Of a stretch of 64,000 nt of DNA, positions 20,553-29,365 are shown piece by piece. Below the pieces are notes generated by a model, which saw only the letters and a program-made list of their open reading frames with translations, was not told where the DNA came from and searched no databases. How positions within the stretch are numbered: position 1 is the first letter of the stretch; each line of letters begins with the position of its first letter. Both the position numbers and the translations under genes were made by a program. This stretch comes from Bacteroidia bacterium (GTDB lineage Bacteria; Bacteroidota; Bacteroidia; UBA10329): the NCBI GenBank assembly GCA_047611425.1, contig JBLFWJ010000001.1:4038-68037 (forward strand). The letters are read 5' to 3'.

Positions 20553-21898
20553 TGAAGAAGTTCATCAGTACACTTAAGAACATTTATAGTATTCCGGACC
20601 TACGAACTAGGATCGGAAATACGCTGTTGTTCATTTTGATCTACAGAATTGGTTCTTACGTGGTACTTCCAGGAATCGATCCTGGTAAGTTGGACGCACT
20701 TCAAGCTCAATCTGCTGACGGTATTCTAGGTCTTATCTCAATGTTTACTGGTGGTGCATTCTCAAATGCTTCCATCTTCGCATTAGGTATTATGCCTTAT
20801 ATCTCTGCATCCATTGTATTGCAGTTAGCCGGATTGGCTGTTCCTGCATTACAGAAAATGCAGCGTGAGGGTGAAAGTGGACGAAAGAAGATTACTCAAT
20901 ACACTAGATATCTGACAATCATTATCTGTGGATTCCAAGGCCCAGGTTACATCGCTAACCTAATGTCTACGCTTCCAGCAGATGCATTTTTAATTGATCC
21001 ATCATTCTTCTGGTTCTCATCTTGGTTGATTCTGATCACAGGTACCGTATTCGTTATGTGGTTGGGTGAGAAGATTACAGACAAGGGTATCGGTAACGGT
21101 ATTTCACTATTGATTATGATTGGAATTATTGCTCAGTTGCCATTCGCAACTATGGCAGAGTTTGGTACTAGAATGACCGGTGGAAATGGAGGTCTGGTGA
21201 TATTTATACTGGAAATTGCAGCACTGATGATTGTGATTACCGCTTGTATCATGCTAGTTCAGGGTACTCGAAGAATTCCAGTTCAGGTTGCAAGAGCAGC
21301 TATTTCTGGAAGAACCGCTTTACCACAAGGTGGAGCTCGTCAGTACATTCCTTTAAAAGTGAATGCAGCGGGTGTAATGCCAATCATCTTTGCGCAGGCA
21401 ATAATGTTCGTTCCGGTAACACTTGGATCTTATGCCAGTGATGGTGCAAGTGCGTTTGTTGCGGCATTTTCAGACTTTGGTGGATTCTGGTACAACTTGG
21501 TCTTTGCCATCTTGATTATCGTTTTCACATACTTCTATACTGCTATCACCATCAATCCAAATCAAATGGCTGATGACATGAAGCGTAACGGAGGTTTCAT
21601 TCCAGGTATTAAGCCAGGAAAGAGAACAGGAGAATACCTTGACAATATCATGTCAAGAATCACTTTACCAGGATCAATGTTCCTTGCGTTTGTAGCAATT
21701 ATGCCTGCCTTCGCAATGTTGTTCGGAGTGAACATGCAGTTCTCTCAGTTCTACGGAGGAACATCACTATTGATTATGGTAGGTGTTGTATTGGATACAC
21801 TACAACAAGTGGAGAGTCACTTGTTAATGAGACATTATGATGGTCTTATGAAGACTGGAAAGATCAAAGGTCGGTCTTCCATGAGCATGGCTGGATAA
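20552..21898 (+). CDS. secY: Preprotein translocase subunit SecY
   Basis: 10-TM SecY with conserved plug and hinge motifs. Follows rplO. Confidence 0.95.
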   Translation: MKKFISTLKNIYSIPDLRTRIGNTLLFILIYRIGSYVVLPGIDPGKLDALQAQSADGILGLISMFTGGAFSNASIFALGIMPYISASIVLQLAGLAVPALQKMQREGESGRKKITQYTRYLTIIICGFQGPGYIANLMSTLPADAFLIDPSFFWFSSWLILITGTVFVMWLGEKITDKGIGNGISLLIMIGIIAQLPFATMAEFGTRMTGGNGGLVIFILEIAALMIVITACIMLVQGTRRIPVQVARAAISGRTALPQGGARQYIPLKVNAAGVMPIIFAQAIMFVPVTLGSYASDGASAFVAAFSDFGGFWYNLVFAILIIVFTYFYTAITINPNQMADDMKRNGGFIPGIKPGKRTGEYLDNIMSRITLPGSMFLAFVAIMPAFAMLFGVNMQFSQFYGGTSLLIMVGVVLDTLQQVESHLLMRHYDGLMKTGKIKGRSSMSMAG

Positions 21899-21925
21899 TT
21901 ATTAGAAAGGAAAGAGAATAGATCA

Positions 21926-22144
21926 ATGGCAAAACAAGCTTCCATAGAGCAAGACGGTACAATAATCGAAGCATTATCAAATGCTATGTTCCGTTGCGAA
22001 TTGGAAAATGGTCATGTTATCACTGCCCACATTTCAGGAAAGATGAGGATGTTCTACATCAAGATACTTCCAGGAGATAGAGTAAGAGTAGCAATGTCGC
22101 CATATGATTTAACAAAAGGACGAATTACCTACCGATACAAATAA
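21926..22144 (+). CDS. infA: Translation initiation factor IF-1
   Basis: 72 aa S1-like OB fold (...[25 protein letters not shown]...I.ILPGD.V.VE.SPYDL.KGRI.YR.K). Confidence 0.95.
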   Translation: MAKQASIEQDGTIIEALSNAMFRCELENGHVITAHISGKMRMFYIKILPGDRVRVAMSPYDLTKGRITYRYK

Positions 22145-22150
22145 GACGAC

Positions 22151-22267
22151 ATGAAAGTCAGAGCATCAGTTAAAAAGCGTAGCGCAGATTGCAAGATCGT
22201 AAAGCGCAAGGGTCGCGTTTATGTGATCAACAAAAAGAATCCAAGGTTTAAGCAAAGACAAGGCTAA
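22151..22267 (+). CDS. rpmJ: 50S ribosomal protein L36 (38 aa, below the ORF-track cutoff)
   Basis: Manual translation: [38 protein letters not shown], the zinc-ribbon L36 consensus. Confidence 0.88.
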   Translation: MKVRASVKKRSADCKIVKRKGRVYVINKKNPRFKQRQG

Positions 22268-22298
22268 TCCTTGAATAACAGATAATCAATTACTGCAA

Positions 22299-22673
22299 AT
22301 GGCACGTATTTCAGGTATAGATCTACCAAAGAACAAACGAGGAGAAATTGGCCTCACTTACATTTTCGGAATCGGAAAAGTAACAGCTCAGAAAATTTTG
22401 GACGCAACAGGTATCAACCGTAGCGTCAAAGTTGAAGAGTGGGATGATGATCAATTGTCAAGAATCCGAGAGACTATTCAACAGATTAAGACGGAAGGAA
22501 CTTTAAGATCAGAGATCCAAACAAACATTAAGCGATTGATGGACATCGGTGCTTACCGAGGAATTCGTCATCGTGCTGGATTGCCACTTCGTGGTCAGCG
22601 AACCAAGAATAATTCAAGAACAAGAAAAGGAAAGAGAAAGACTGTTGCGAACAAAAAGATTGCAGCTAAATAA
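22299..22673 (+). CDS. rpsM: 30S ribosomal protein S13
   Basis: MARI.G.DLP..K...I.LTYI.GIG S13 N-terminus. Confidence 0.94.
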   Translation: MARISGIDLPKNKRGEIGLTYIFGIGKVTAQKILDATGINRSVKVEEWDDDQLSRIRETIQQIKTEGTLRSEIQTNIKRLMDIGAYRGIRHRAGLPLRGQRTKNNSRTRKGKRKTVANKKIAAK

Positions 22674-22705
22674 TCTCTCACTCAATAAGTAAACAATTAG
22701 GTACA

Positions 22706-23095
22706 ATGGCTAAAACGTCAAAAACCAGTAAGAAAAGAAACGTTAAGGTAGAAGCTGTAGGACAAGTCCACGTCAGCTCTTCCTTCAACAACATCATCAT
22801 CAGCATTACCAACATGGCTGGTGAAGTGATTTCTTGGTCTTCTGCAGGAAAAATGGGTTTCCGTGGATCTAAGAAGAACACTCCTTATGCTGCTCAATTA
22901 GCAGCTGAAGAGTGTACCAAGGTTGCTGTTGAACTTGGAATGAGAAAAGCCAAGTGCTACGTTAAAGGACCAGGTGGTGGTCGTGAGTCTGCTATGCGAA
23001 CTGTTCATAATTCAGGCATCGAGATCTCTGAAATCATTGACGTGACGCCACAGCCGCACAACGGATGTCGTCCTCCAAAGAGGAGAAGAGTATAA
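22706..23095 (+). CDS. rpsK: 30S ribosomal protein S11
   Basis: S11 pattern (...GSKK.TP.AAQ.AAE...VKGPG.GRE.A.R). Confidence 0.94.
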   Translation: MAKTSKTSKKRNVKVEAVGQVHVSSSFNNIIISITNMAGEVISWSSAGKMGFRGSKKNTPYAAQLAAEECTKVAVELGMRKAKCYVKGPGGGRESAMRTVHNSGIEISEIIDVTPQPHNGCRPPKRRRV

Positions 23096-23144
23096 TTGAA
23101 GTTGACCGACAGAAGAGGTTTTAAAAAATACAATTACCAATACA

Positions 23145-23753
23145 ATGGCCAGATATACAGGACCAAAAACGAAGATTGCTAGAAAGTTCGGACAACCGAT
23201 ATTCGGACCGGACAAGGCGTTTGAAAAACGAAACTTCCCTCCAGGGCAGCACGGTAACGGACGAAGAAGAAAGAAGCAGTCTGAATACGGGCTTCAATTG
23301 ATGGAGAAGCAGAAGGCTAAGTACACTTACGGTGTTCTTGAGCGTCAGTTCCGAAATCTATTCAAAAGAGCATCTGCGAAAGAAGGTGTAACAGGTGAGA
23401 ACCTTTTGAAGTTCATCGAAGCAAGATTGGACAATGTGGTATACCGAATGGGTATCGCTCCAACACGAAGCGGTGCACGTCAGTTAGTTAGCCATAAGCA
23501 CATTACTGTAAACGGAGGCGTTGTAAACATCGCATCTTATGCAGTAAAGCCAGGTGATAAAATTGCTGTACGTGAGCGTTCAAAGTCTTTGGAGGCAATC
23601 ACAGATTCATTGGCAACAAGAAGCTCGGCTGATTTTGAGTGGATCACTTTTGATTCAACTAGCATGCAGGGTGAGTTTTTAAACTTCCCAATGAGAACGG
23701 AGATTCCTGAGAACATCAACGAGCAGTTGATTGTGGAACTATACTCCAAGTAA
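23145..23753 (+). CDS. rpsD: 30S ribosomal protein S4
   Basis: [12 protein letters not shown]4 N-terminus and S4 domain. Confidence 0.94.
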   Translation: MARYTGPKTKIARKFGQPIFGPDKAFEKRNFPPGQHGNGRRRKKQSEYGLQLMEKQKAKYTYGVLERQFRNLFKRASAKEGVTGENLLKFIEARLDNVVYRMGIAPTRSGARQLVSHKHITVNGGVVNIASYAVKPGDKIAVRERSKSLEAITDSLATRSSADFEWITFDSTSMQGEFLNFPMRTEIPENINEQLIVELYSK

Positions 23754-23788
23754 TAGTTAGAACATTAGAACAGTATAAAAGACCCAAA

Positions 23789-24781
23789 ATGGCAATACTA
23801 GATTTTCAGAAGCCCGATAAAGTGATCATGCTCAACTCTGATGAGCGAAACGGAGAGTTTGAATTCCGTCCTTTGGAGCCAGGTTACGGTATCACTGTAG
23901 GTAATGCCCTAAGAAGAATTCTATTGAACTCTTTGGAAGGGTTTGCAATCACTTCTCTTCGTATTGAAGGTGTTGATCATGAGTTCTCTACCATAGATGG
24001 TGTTGTTGAGGACGTTACCGAGATTGTATTGAACTTGAAGCAAGTACGTTTCAAGCGTCAGATTGATACATTGGATAACGAGCGAGCTTCTATCAACGTT
24101 GGTGGTCAGGACCAATTGACTGCTGGTGATATTGGTAAGTTCTTGTCTGGATTCCAGATCCTTAATCCGGATCTAGTTATCTGTAACATGGACAAGAAGG
24201 TGAAATTGAATTTCGAAATCACCATCGATAAGGGTAGAGGTTATGTTCCTGCTGATGACAACAAGCCAGTGAATGCTCCTATGGGAACTATCGCTACTGA
24301 TGCCATCTTCACACCTATTAAGAATGTGAGATATGCAGTAGAGAACTTCCGTGTTGAGCAGAAGACTGACTACGAAAAGTTGGTTATGCATATTGACACT
24401 GACGGATCTGTTCATCCTAAGGATGCTTTGAAAGAAGCAGCTAAGATTTTGATCCATCACTTCATGTTGTTCTCTGACGAGAAAATATCCTTGGAGACTG
24501 AATCAAAGCTACCTGAGCAGGAGTTTGACGAAAACATGTTGCACATGCGTCAATTGCTCAAGACGAAGTTGGTAGACATGGATCTTTCTGTTAGAGCGTT
24601 GAACTGTCTTAAGGCAGCAGACGTTGAAACATTGGGAGACCTAGTTTCATTCAATAAGAACGATTTATTGAAGTTTAGAAACTTCGGTAAGAAGTCTTTG
24701 ACTGAGTTGGAGGATTTGGTACATGCCAAGAACCTAACTTTTGGAATGAATTTGAGCAAGTACAGATTAGAGGAAGACTGA
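23789..24781 (+). CDS. rpoA: DNA-directed RNA polymerase subunit alpha
   Basis: 330 aa with N-terminal dimerisation domain plus C-terminal alpha-CTD (...L.LSVR..NCLK...I..VGDLV). Confidence 0.95.
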   Translation: MAILDFQKPDKVIMLNSDERNGEFEFRPLEPGYGITVGNALRRILLNSLEGFAITSLRIEGVDHEFSTIDGVVEDVTEIVLNLKQVRFKRQIDTLDNERASINVGGQDQLTAGDIGKFLSGFQILNPDLVICNMDKKVKLNFEITIDKGRGYVPADDNKPVNAPMGTIATDAIFTPIKNVRYAVENFRVEQKTDYEKLVMHIDTDGSVHPKDALKEAAKILIHHFMLFSDEKISLETESKLPEQEFDENMLHMRQLLKTKLVDMDLSVRALNCLKAADVETLGDLVSFNKNDLLKFRNFGKKSLTELEDLVHAKNLTFGMNLSKYRLEED

Positions 24782-24861
24782 GATTAGTTGTGAGTTAAGA
24801 GTTACGAGTTGCTAGTGCGACTCAAGACTAGAAGCTCGAAACTAGAAACTGATTATATATT

Positions 24862-25539
24862 ATGAGACACAGAAAATCATTCAACCACTTAGGCCGTCAG
24901 GTTGGACACCGTAAGGCAATGTTGGCTAATATGGCGTCTTCGCTTATCCTACATAAGCGAATCAACACAACTGTTGCCAAGGCAAAAGCTTTGCGTCAAT
25001 TTGTTGAGCCAATCATTTCTAAAGGAAAAGTTGACAGCACACATTCGCGAAGAATGGCGTTTAGTTACCTAAGAGACAAGTATGCAGTAACCGAATTGTT
25101 CGGTGATGTAGCTTCTAAGGTAGGCGACCGTCCAGGTGGATACACTCGAATCATTAAGATGAACAACCGTTTAGGTGACAACGCTGCAATGGCGATCATC
25201 GAGTTGGTTGACTTCAACGATATGATTGTGAAGGAAGCTAAGTCTGGAACTGCTAAGAAAAAGCGAAGCCGTAGAGGTGCTGCTAAGAAAGCTGATCCTG
25301 CTGCTGCTGCTGCTCCAGCTGCTGAGGAAACTCTAGTTGAAGCTGCTCCAGAAGTAAAAGCTGAGGCACCTGCTCCAGTTGCTGAAGAGGCGAAGCCAGA
25401 AGTCAAAGCGGAAGCACCAGCTGCTGAAGCTCCAACCAAAGAAGAGAAGAAGGAAGAAGCAAAGGCTGATGAGGCTAAAGCTCCTGAGGCTAAGGCTGAA
25501 GAAAAGAAAGAAGACAATAAGGACGAGGATAAGAAGTAA
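24862..25539 (+). CDS. rplQ: 50S ribosomal protein L17 with about 100-aa A/E/K/P-rich low-complexity C-terminal extension
   Basis: N-terminal 120 aa are canonical L17 ([12 protein letters not shown]...). The remainder is [34 protein letters not shown]... low-complexity tail. Confidence 0.9.
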   Translation: MRHRKSFNHLGRQVGHRKAMLANMASSLILHKRINTTVAKAKALRQFVEPIISKGKVDSTHSRRMAFSYLRDKYAVTELFGDVASKVGDRPGGYTRIIKMNNRLGDNAAMAIIELVDFNDMIVKEAKSGTAKKKRSRRGAAKKADPAAAAAPAAEETLVEAAPEVKAEAPAPVAEEAKPEVKAEAPAAEAPTKEEKKEEAKADEAKAPEAKAEEKKEDNKDEDKK

Positions 25540-25564
25540 TTCTTTTTACCCTTTAAAAGAAAAA

Positions 25565-25600
25565 AGCCCCTTCCGCCTCAGGCGGAAGGGGCTTTTTGTT
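25565..25600 (+). terminator. Rho-independent terminator ending the ribosomal superoperon
   Basis: agccccttccgcc-tca-ggcggaaggggct 13-bp GC-rich stem followed by TTTTTGTTATTTG. Confidence 0.7.
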
Positions 25601-25665
25601 ATTTGTGATGTATATTCGAAATATGGTTCGAGTGATTCTATTGGGGGTGTTTTAGGTGTTTTTAA

Positions 25666-26145
25666 ATGGACACCGCATTAGTCATAGAAACCATTGTCGG
25701 CAGATACAACGCTGGAAAGAGTAAACGTACGATGACCTCAGACAATCTGAATTTAGCATTACGAGTTACATTTTTTGTCTTGTTCTCATTCATCTGCTCA
25801 GATTCCTTTGGCCAAAATTGGTTTAAAGCCTTTGAAGACCGTGACTATGTCGCCCTGCAAAGGCACATCGACAAGGGTAGAAACATTGACAGGGTTAATG
25901 ACCAAGGAGTATTTGCTCTGTGGCTTGCTACCACCAAAGCAGATACAGTAATGATGAAGTTTCTCCTAGGTAATGGCGCAAACCCTAATTTTTCGACTAA
26001 AAAGAGTTCAGCGCCATTGGTTTTTTGTGCTCAAGAGGGCAACATGACACCCGCGCGCATACTCATTGCATACAATGCGAATGTGGAATTCACTCAAAAC
26101 CTTCACAAGTTGTCCCCCATGAGGCAAGCCGTTCAAAATGGTTAA
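25666..26145 (+). CDS. Ankyrin-repeat protein, N-terminal part (secreted; the signal-peptide-like start is more likely the Met at 25732); frame breaks at 26138-26145
   Basis: Ankyrin repeats (VFALWLATTKADTVMMKFLLGNGANPN, APLVFCAQEGNMTPARILIAYNANVE...). Hydrophobic N-terminal segment LALRVTFFVLFSFICSDSFG. Confidence 0.5.
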   Translation: MDTALVIETIVGRYNAGKSKRTMTSDNLNLALRVTFFVLFSFICSDSFGQNWFKAFEDRDYVALQRHIDKGRNIDRVNDQGVFALWLATTKADTVMMKFLLGNGANPNFSTKKSSAPLVFCAQEGNMTPARILIAYNANVEFTQNLHKLSPMRQAVQNG

Positions 26146-26446
26146 ATATTTCCTCAAGAATGCGGCAGACGTGGACATTTTGGATGAAAGGAACATGTCT
26201 CCTTTGTTCCTAGCTAGTCAAAAGGGGTTTAAAGATATTGTTGAGATTCTTGTAGAGAACGGGGCTGAAGTCAATTTAAAGGACATTTATGGCGAAACAG
26301 CTCTATTCAAGGCCTGCAGACTTGGGAGAAAGGATATAATTGATTTTCTCATATCAAATGGCGCTGAGAAAAGATTGGTAAATATTAATGGTGCCAGCCT
26401 TTCCGATGTTGCTAAATTGAATGGTTATGAAATGTACGTTGACTAA
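26138..26446 (+). CDS. Ankyrin-repeat protein, C-terminal part in +1 frame (continuation of previous ORF, so either a frameshift/pseudogene or a sequencing error)
   Basis: MSPLFLASQKGFKDIVEILVENGAEVNLKDIYGETALFKACRLGRKDIIDFLISNGAE are canonical ANK repeats. An 8-nt overlap with the upstream ORF falls in the middle of a repeat. Confidence 0.5.
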   Translation: MVKYFLKNAADVDILDERNMSPLFLASQKGFKDIVEILVENGAEVNLKDIYGETALFKACRLGRKDIIDFLISNGAEKRLVNINGASLSDVAKLNGYEMYVD

Positions 26447-26547
26447 TCCAATAAAAACGCTTCCTATCAAAGCCTAATGCCAATTGAAGTACAGTTTAAA
26501 GATGGCAGTGTAGTGGTAGAGCGGTTGGTTGTGCAGCGGTGAGCTTA

Positions 26548-26653
26548 CTCCGGTCAGGTCGAGTGATTTTGCGAAGCAAAATTGTATCGAGACCCTTGGG
26601 AGGAAACGCTTCTCGAGACACCTCCGCTTCGCTGCGGCACTCGAAGTGACACC
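26548..26653 (+). repeat. Left repeat cluster: unit U1 (about 46 bp, 26548-26594) plus unit U2 (about 45 bp, 26609-26653), directly repeated on the other side of the GIY-YIG gene
   Basis: U1 ctccggtcaggtcgagtgattttgcgaagcaaaattgtatcgagacc and U2 cttctcgagacacctccgcttcgctgcggcactcgaagtgacacc recur at 27016-27061 and 26973-27017 (and a degenerate copy at 27078-27112) with about 90% identity. Confidence 0.7.
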
Positions 26654-26662
26654 TGAAGCAAG

Positions 26663-26956
26663 CTATTGATCAAAGTGTTTCTTCGATAAAAGGGGAAGTT
26701 CCTCGTAGTGACCCTTAATCAATGCCAACTTCTTTTTTCTTGACCATTTTTTCAGTTGCTTCTCAAACTGAATCGCCTTTTCTGGTGCGTTGAACATTTG
26801 CTGATAGACCAAGGTCAGGGGCCTTCTGGAAAAAGTGTAACAAGAAGGGTTTAAGCCACTTTCATGTTCTTCCAATCGTCTTTGAATATTGTTTGTGACG
26901 CCTGTGTAGAAGCTTTGGTCTTTGCATTCAAGGATGTAGACGAACATGAACTTCAT
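26663..26956 (-). CDS. GIY-YIG nuclease family protein (about 98 aa; start taken at MKFMFVYIL, since the longer track ORF reads into the repeat)
   Basis: FVYILECKDQSFYTGVTNNIQRRLEEHESG is the GIY-x10-YIG core with the conserved Arg and Glu. Size is typical of stand-alone GIY-YIG proteins. Confidence 0.7.
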   Translation of the reverse strand: MKFMFVYILECKDQSFYTGVTNNIQRRLEEHESGLNPSCYTFSRRPLTLVYQQMFNAPEKAIQFEKQLKKWSRKKKLALIKGHYEELPLLSKKHFDQ

Positions 26957-26972
26957 GAATGAAAGGTATAGA

Positions 26973-27112
26973 CTTCTCGATACACCTCCACTTCGTTCCG
27001 GCACTCGAAGTGACGCCCGGTCAGGTCGAGTGATTTTGCAGAGCAAAATTGTATCGAGACCGTTGTGTGAGGAAGGACTTCTCGATACTCGCTTCGCGAA
27101 CTCGAAGTGACG
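26973..27112 (+). repeat. Right repeat cluster: U2 (26973-27017), U1 (27016-27061), degenerate U2' (27078-27112)
   Basis: Direct copies of the units found at 26548-26653. The order differs from the left cluster (U2-U1-U2' versus U1-U2). Confidence 0.7.
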
Positions 27113-27126
27113 ATTATGAAGTCCCC

Positions 27127-29049
27127 TTACTCCGAATACTCACTTAGCTCCAACCACCTCAATTCCTTTTCCTCCAGTTTGGCAGTAACGGTTTCCAGTT
27201 CTTGGGCAAGTTCCATCAGCTTTTCATGGTCGGCTTCAACGAGTAGCTTTCCATTCAAATCAACCTTCTGGGCTTCCAGCTTGGGTATGTCTACCTCCAA
27301 TAGGCCAAACTCCCGCTTTTCATTAAAGCCCATTTTCTTTTTGTCCGCGTAACTCTCGGCAGCCTTTGGCTGTAGGGCCTTGGCCGTTGCCTCTTCCTTC
27401 TCGGTCTTATCCTGTTGCGCCTTCCAGACGGTGTACTGGCTATACGTACCTGGGAAGTCCTTTATCTTCCCATTGCCCTCAAACACAAAAAGGTGGTCGC
27501 TCAACTTATTCATGAAATGACGGTCGTGCGTCACGATAACCAAACAGCCTTCATATTCTTCCAAGAATTCCTCCAGTACATTAAGGGTAAGGAGGTCGAG
27601 GTCGTTGGTTGGCTCATCCAGAATTAGGAAATTCGGATTGGCCATTAGTACTGTAAGTAGGTAGAGTCGCTTGCGTTCTCCACCACTCAGTTTGTTTACG
27701 CGTTGAAAATGCGAACTCCTTGGAAAGAGGAACCGCTCCAACATCTGCGCAGCCGATATGGTCTTGCCTTTTTTAAGGGGGATGAACTCGGCAATGTCGG
27801 TGATGACCTCCTTCATCCGTTTGTCCTCCTTCAGCTTCATGCCTTCCTGTCCGAAGTACCCGAACTTAACCGTGTCTCCAATTACAACCTTGCCGCCATC
27901 TGGTTCTTCCTCACCAATAATCATCTTCAAAAAGGTGGACTTACCCGACCCATTGAATCCCACAATGGCCATCCGCTCCCTATGTTGGAACTTGTAGTCC
28001 AGCCCATCTAGGATTATCTTATCCCCATACTGCTTCTTTACTTTGTGCAGCTCCACGATCTTACCACCCAGTCGTTCTAGGCTGATTTCCAACTTCAACT
28101 CATCCCTTTTTAGATTGGTCTTGGCTGTTTTCTCTACATCGTAAAACGCACCTTCTCTCGACTTAGACTTGGTGGTTCGTGCCTTTGGCATCCTACGCAT
28201 CCAGTCCAGTTCCTTTCTATAAAGATTCTGTGCCTTATCAACATTGGCCTTCTGTACGTCTTCCCTGTTCGATTTATTCTCAAGGTAAAACGAGTAGTTG
28301 CCCTTGTGTCGGTAGATCTGGCTGTCCTCCAATTCTAGGATGTTGTCACACACCCGATCAAGGAAAACCCGATCGTGCGTTACCATTAGTAAGGTTCGGT
28401 CGGCCGTATTCAAGAACTTCTCCAGCCATTCGATCATTTGAAGATCCAAATGGTTGGTTGGCTCATCCAGTATGATCAAGTCGGGTTCATCAACCAGCAG
28501 CTTGGCCAAAGCGACACGCTTTCTCTGACCTCCGGATAACGTTCCGGTCGGTTGATCCAGATCGGTAATGTTTAGTTTTCCGAGTACCTCTTTAATAGTG
28601 CTTTCCAGATTCCATGCATTCAGGCTGTCCATTTTATTGAAAGCAGCCTGATAAGCTTTGTCGTCATCTGGATTAAGCAGACACTTCTCGTAATCCCGAA
28701 CTGCCTTCATGCGCTCATCCTCTGCGTTCAGAATGGCATTCATAACACTTAAGTCCTTAGGGAACTGTGGGTCCTGTTGCAGGAAACCCATTCGGAGTTC
28801 TCGCCTTTTGACTACTTCACCAGCCTCAGGCGGTTCAAGGCCTGCAATGATGTTCAGTAATGAAGTCTTTCCGGTTCCATTTCGGGCAACCAGCGCCACT
28901 TTCTGTCCTTTGGAAATTCCGAAGCACAAATCTTCAAAAAGCACGCGTTCACCATAGGATCGCTTTAGATTCTCTACTGAGAGGTAGTTCAATTGGAGGT
29001 AGGAGTATTGAGTACGGTGTACTCGGATTAAGCCGCGAAGATCGCTCAT
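27127..29049 (-). CDS. ABC-F family ATPase (Uup/YheS-like; two ABC domains plus C-terminal coiled-coil, no TM domain)
   Basis: Two Walker A (GxNGTGKTS, GFNGSGKST), two LSGG signature and two Walker B motifs. K/E-rich coiled-coil C-terminus. Confidence 0.85.
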   Translation of the reverse strand: MSDLRGLIRVHRTQYSYLQLNYLSVENLKRSYGERVLFEDLCFGISKGQKVALVARNGTGKTSLLNIIAGLEPPEAGEVVKRRELRMGFLQQDPQFPKDLSVMNAILNAEDERMKAVRDYEKCLLNPDDDKAYQAAFNKMDSLNAWNLESTIKEVLGKLNITDLDQPTGTLSGGQRKRVALAKLLVDEPDLIILDEPTNHLDLQMIEWLEKFLNTADRTLLMVTHDRVFLDRVCDNILELEDSQIYRHKGNYSFYLENKSNREDVQKANVDKAQNLYRKELDWMRRMPKARTTKSKSREGAFYDVEKTAKTNLKRDELKLEISLERLGGKIVELHKVKKQYGDKIILDGLDYKFQHRERMAIVGFNGSGKSTFLKMIIGEEEPDGGKVVIGDTVKFGYFGQEGMKLKEDKRMKEVITDIAEFIPLKKGKTISAAQMLERFLFPRSSHFQRVNKLSGGERKRLYLLTVLMANPNFLILDEPTNDLDLLTLNVLEEFLEEYEGCLVIVTHDRHFMNKLSDHLFVFEGNGKIKDFPGTYSQYTVWKAQQDKTEKEEATAKALQPKAAESYADKKKMGFNEKREFGLLEVDIPKLEAQKVDLNGKLLVEADHEKLMELAQELETVTAKLEEKELRWLELSEYSE

Positions 29050-29128
29050 TAATGCAACAATCAGGCTTGTCTATATTTGATAAATATGGACAATTCGTTA
29101 TCTTCGAGTTCTACAAATTGAACGAACC

Positions 29129-29365
29129 ATGAATATCAGCTTCACTAAAAAGCAAGAAGATTATATCGCATCACAAGTAGCAACTGGAGATTTTCAGAAT
29201 GCAAGTGAGGTAGTGAGAGACGCCATGCGGCTCCATTTGCATTACAGGCATAAGATGTTGGAAGAATTGCGAGCAGCTATTGACGAAGGATTAAATAGCC
29301 CAGTTTCTGACAAGACAATGGATGACATTCTTCAGGAACAACGGGCCAAGTATAGCAAGAAGTGA
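29129..29365 (+). CDS. parD: Type II antitoxin, ParD family (RHH fold)
   Basis: 78 aa. ...DYIASQVATGDFQNASEVVRDAMRLHLHY... matches the ParD/COG3609 consensus (G.Y.SASEVVR.ALRLL). 4-nt ATGA overlap with the downstream toxin. Confidence 0.7.
   Translation: MNISFTKKQEDYIASQVATGDFQNASEVVRDAMRLHLHYRHKMLEELRAAIDEGLNSPVSDKTMDDILQEQRAKYSKK

Noticed and set aside
25065-25681. Antisense 150-aa Ala/Ser-rich ORF and a +-strand 100-aa K/R-rich ORF overlapping the rplQ tail
   Set aside because: Mirror or frame-shifted reading of the low-complexity GCT/GAA/AAG codon repeats of the L17 tail, which is a compositional artefact.
26500-26530. tRNA-like D-arm string 'gcagtgtagtggtagagcgg'
   Set aside because: No acceptor stem, anticodon arm or T-psi-C arm could be built around it, and the adjacent sequence belongs to repeat unit U1. 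Not a tRNA.
26548-27112. Possibility that the U1/U2 repeats are a CRISPR array
   Set aside because: The two units differ from each other, alternate irregularly with 14-bp or 0-bp gaps, and flank a gene. There is no repeat-spacer periodicity and no cas genes.
27107-29132. Multiple +-strand ORFs (27107-27352, 27415-27627, 27703-28011, 28179-28475, 28709-28957, 28860-29132) opposite the ABC-F gene
   Set aside because: All lie antisense within a well-supported two-domain ABC-F CDS.
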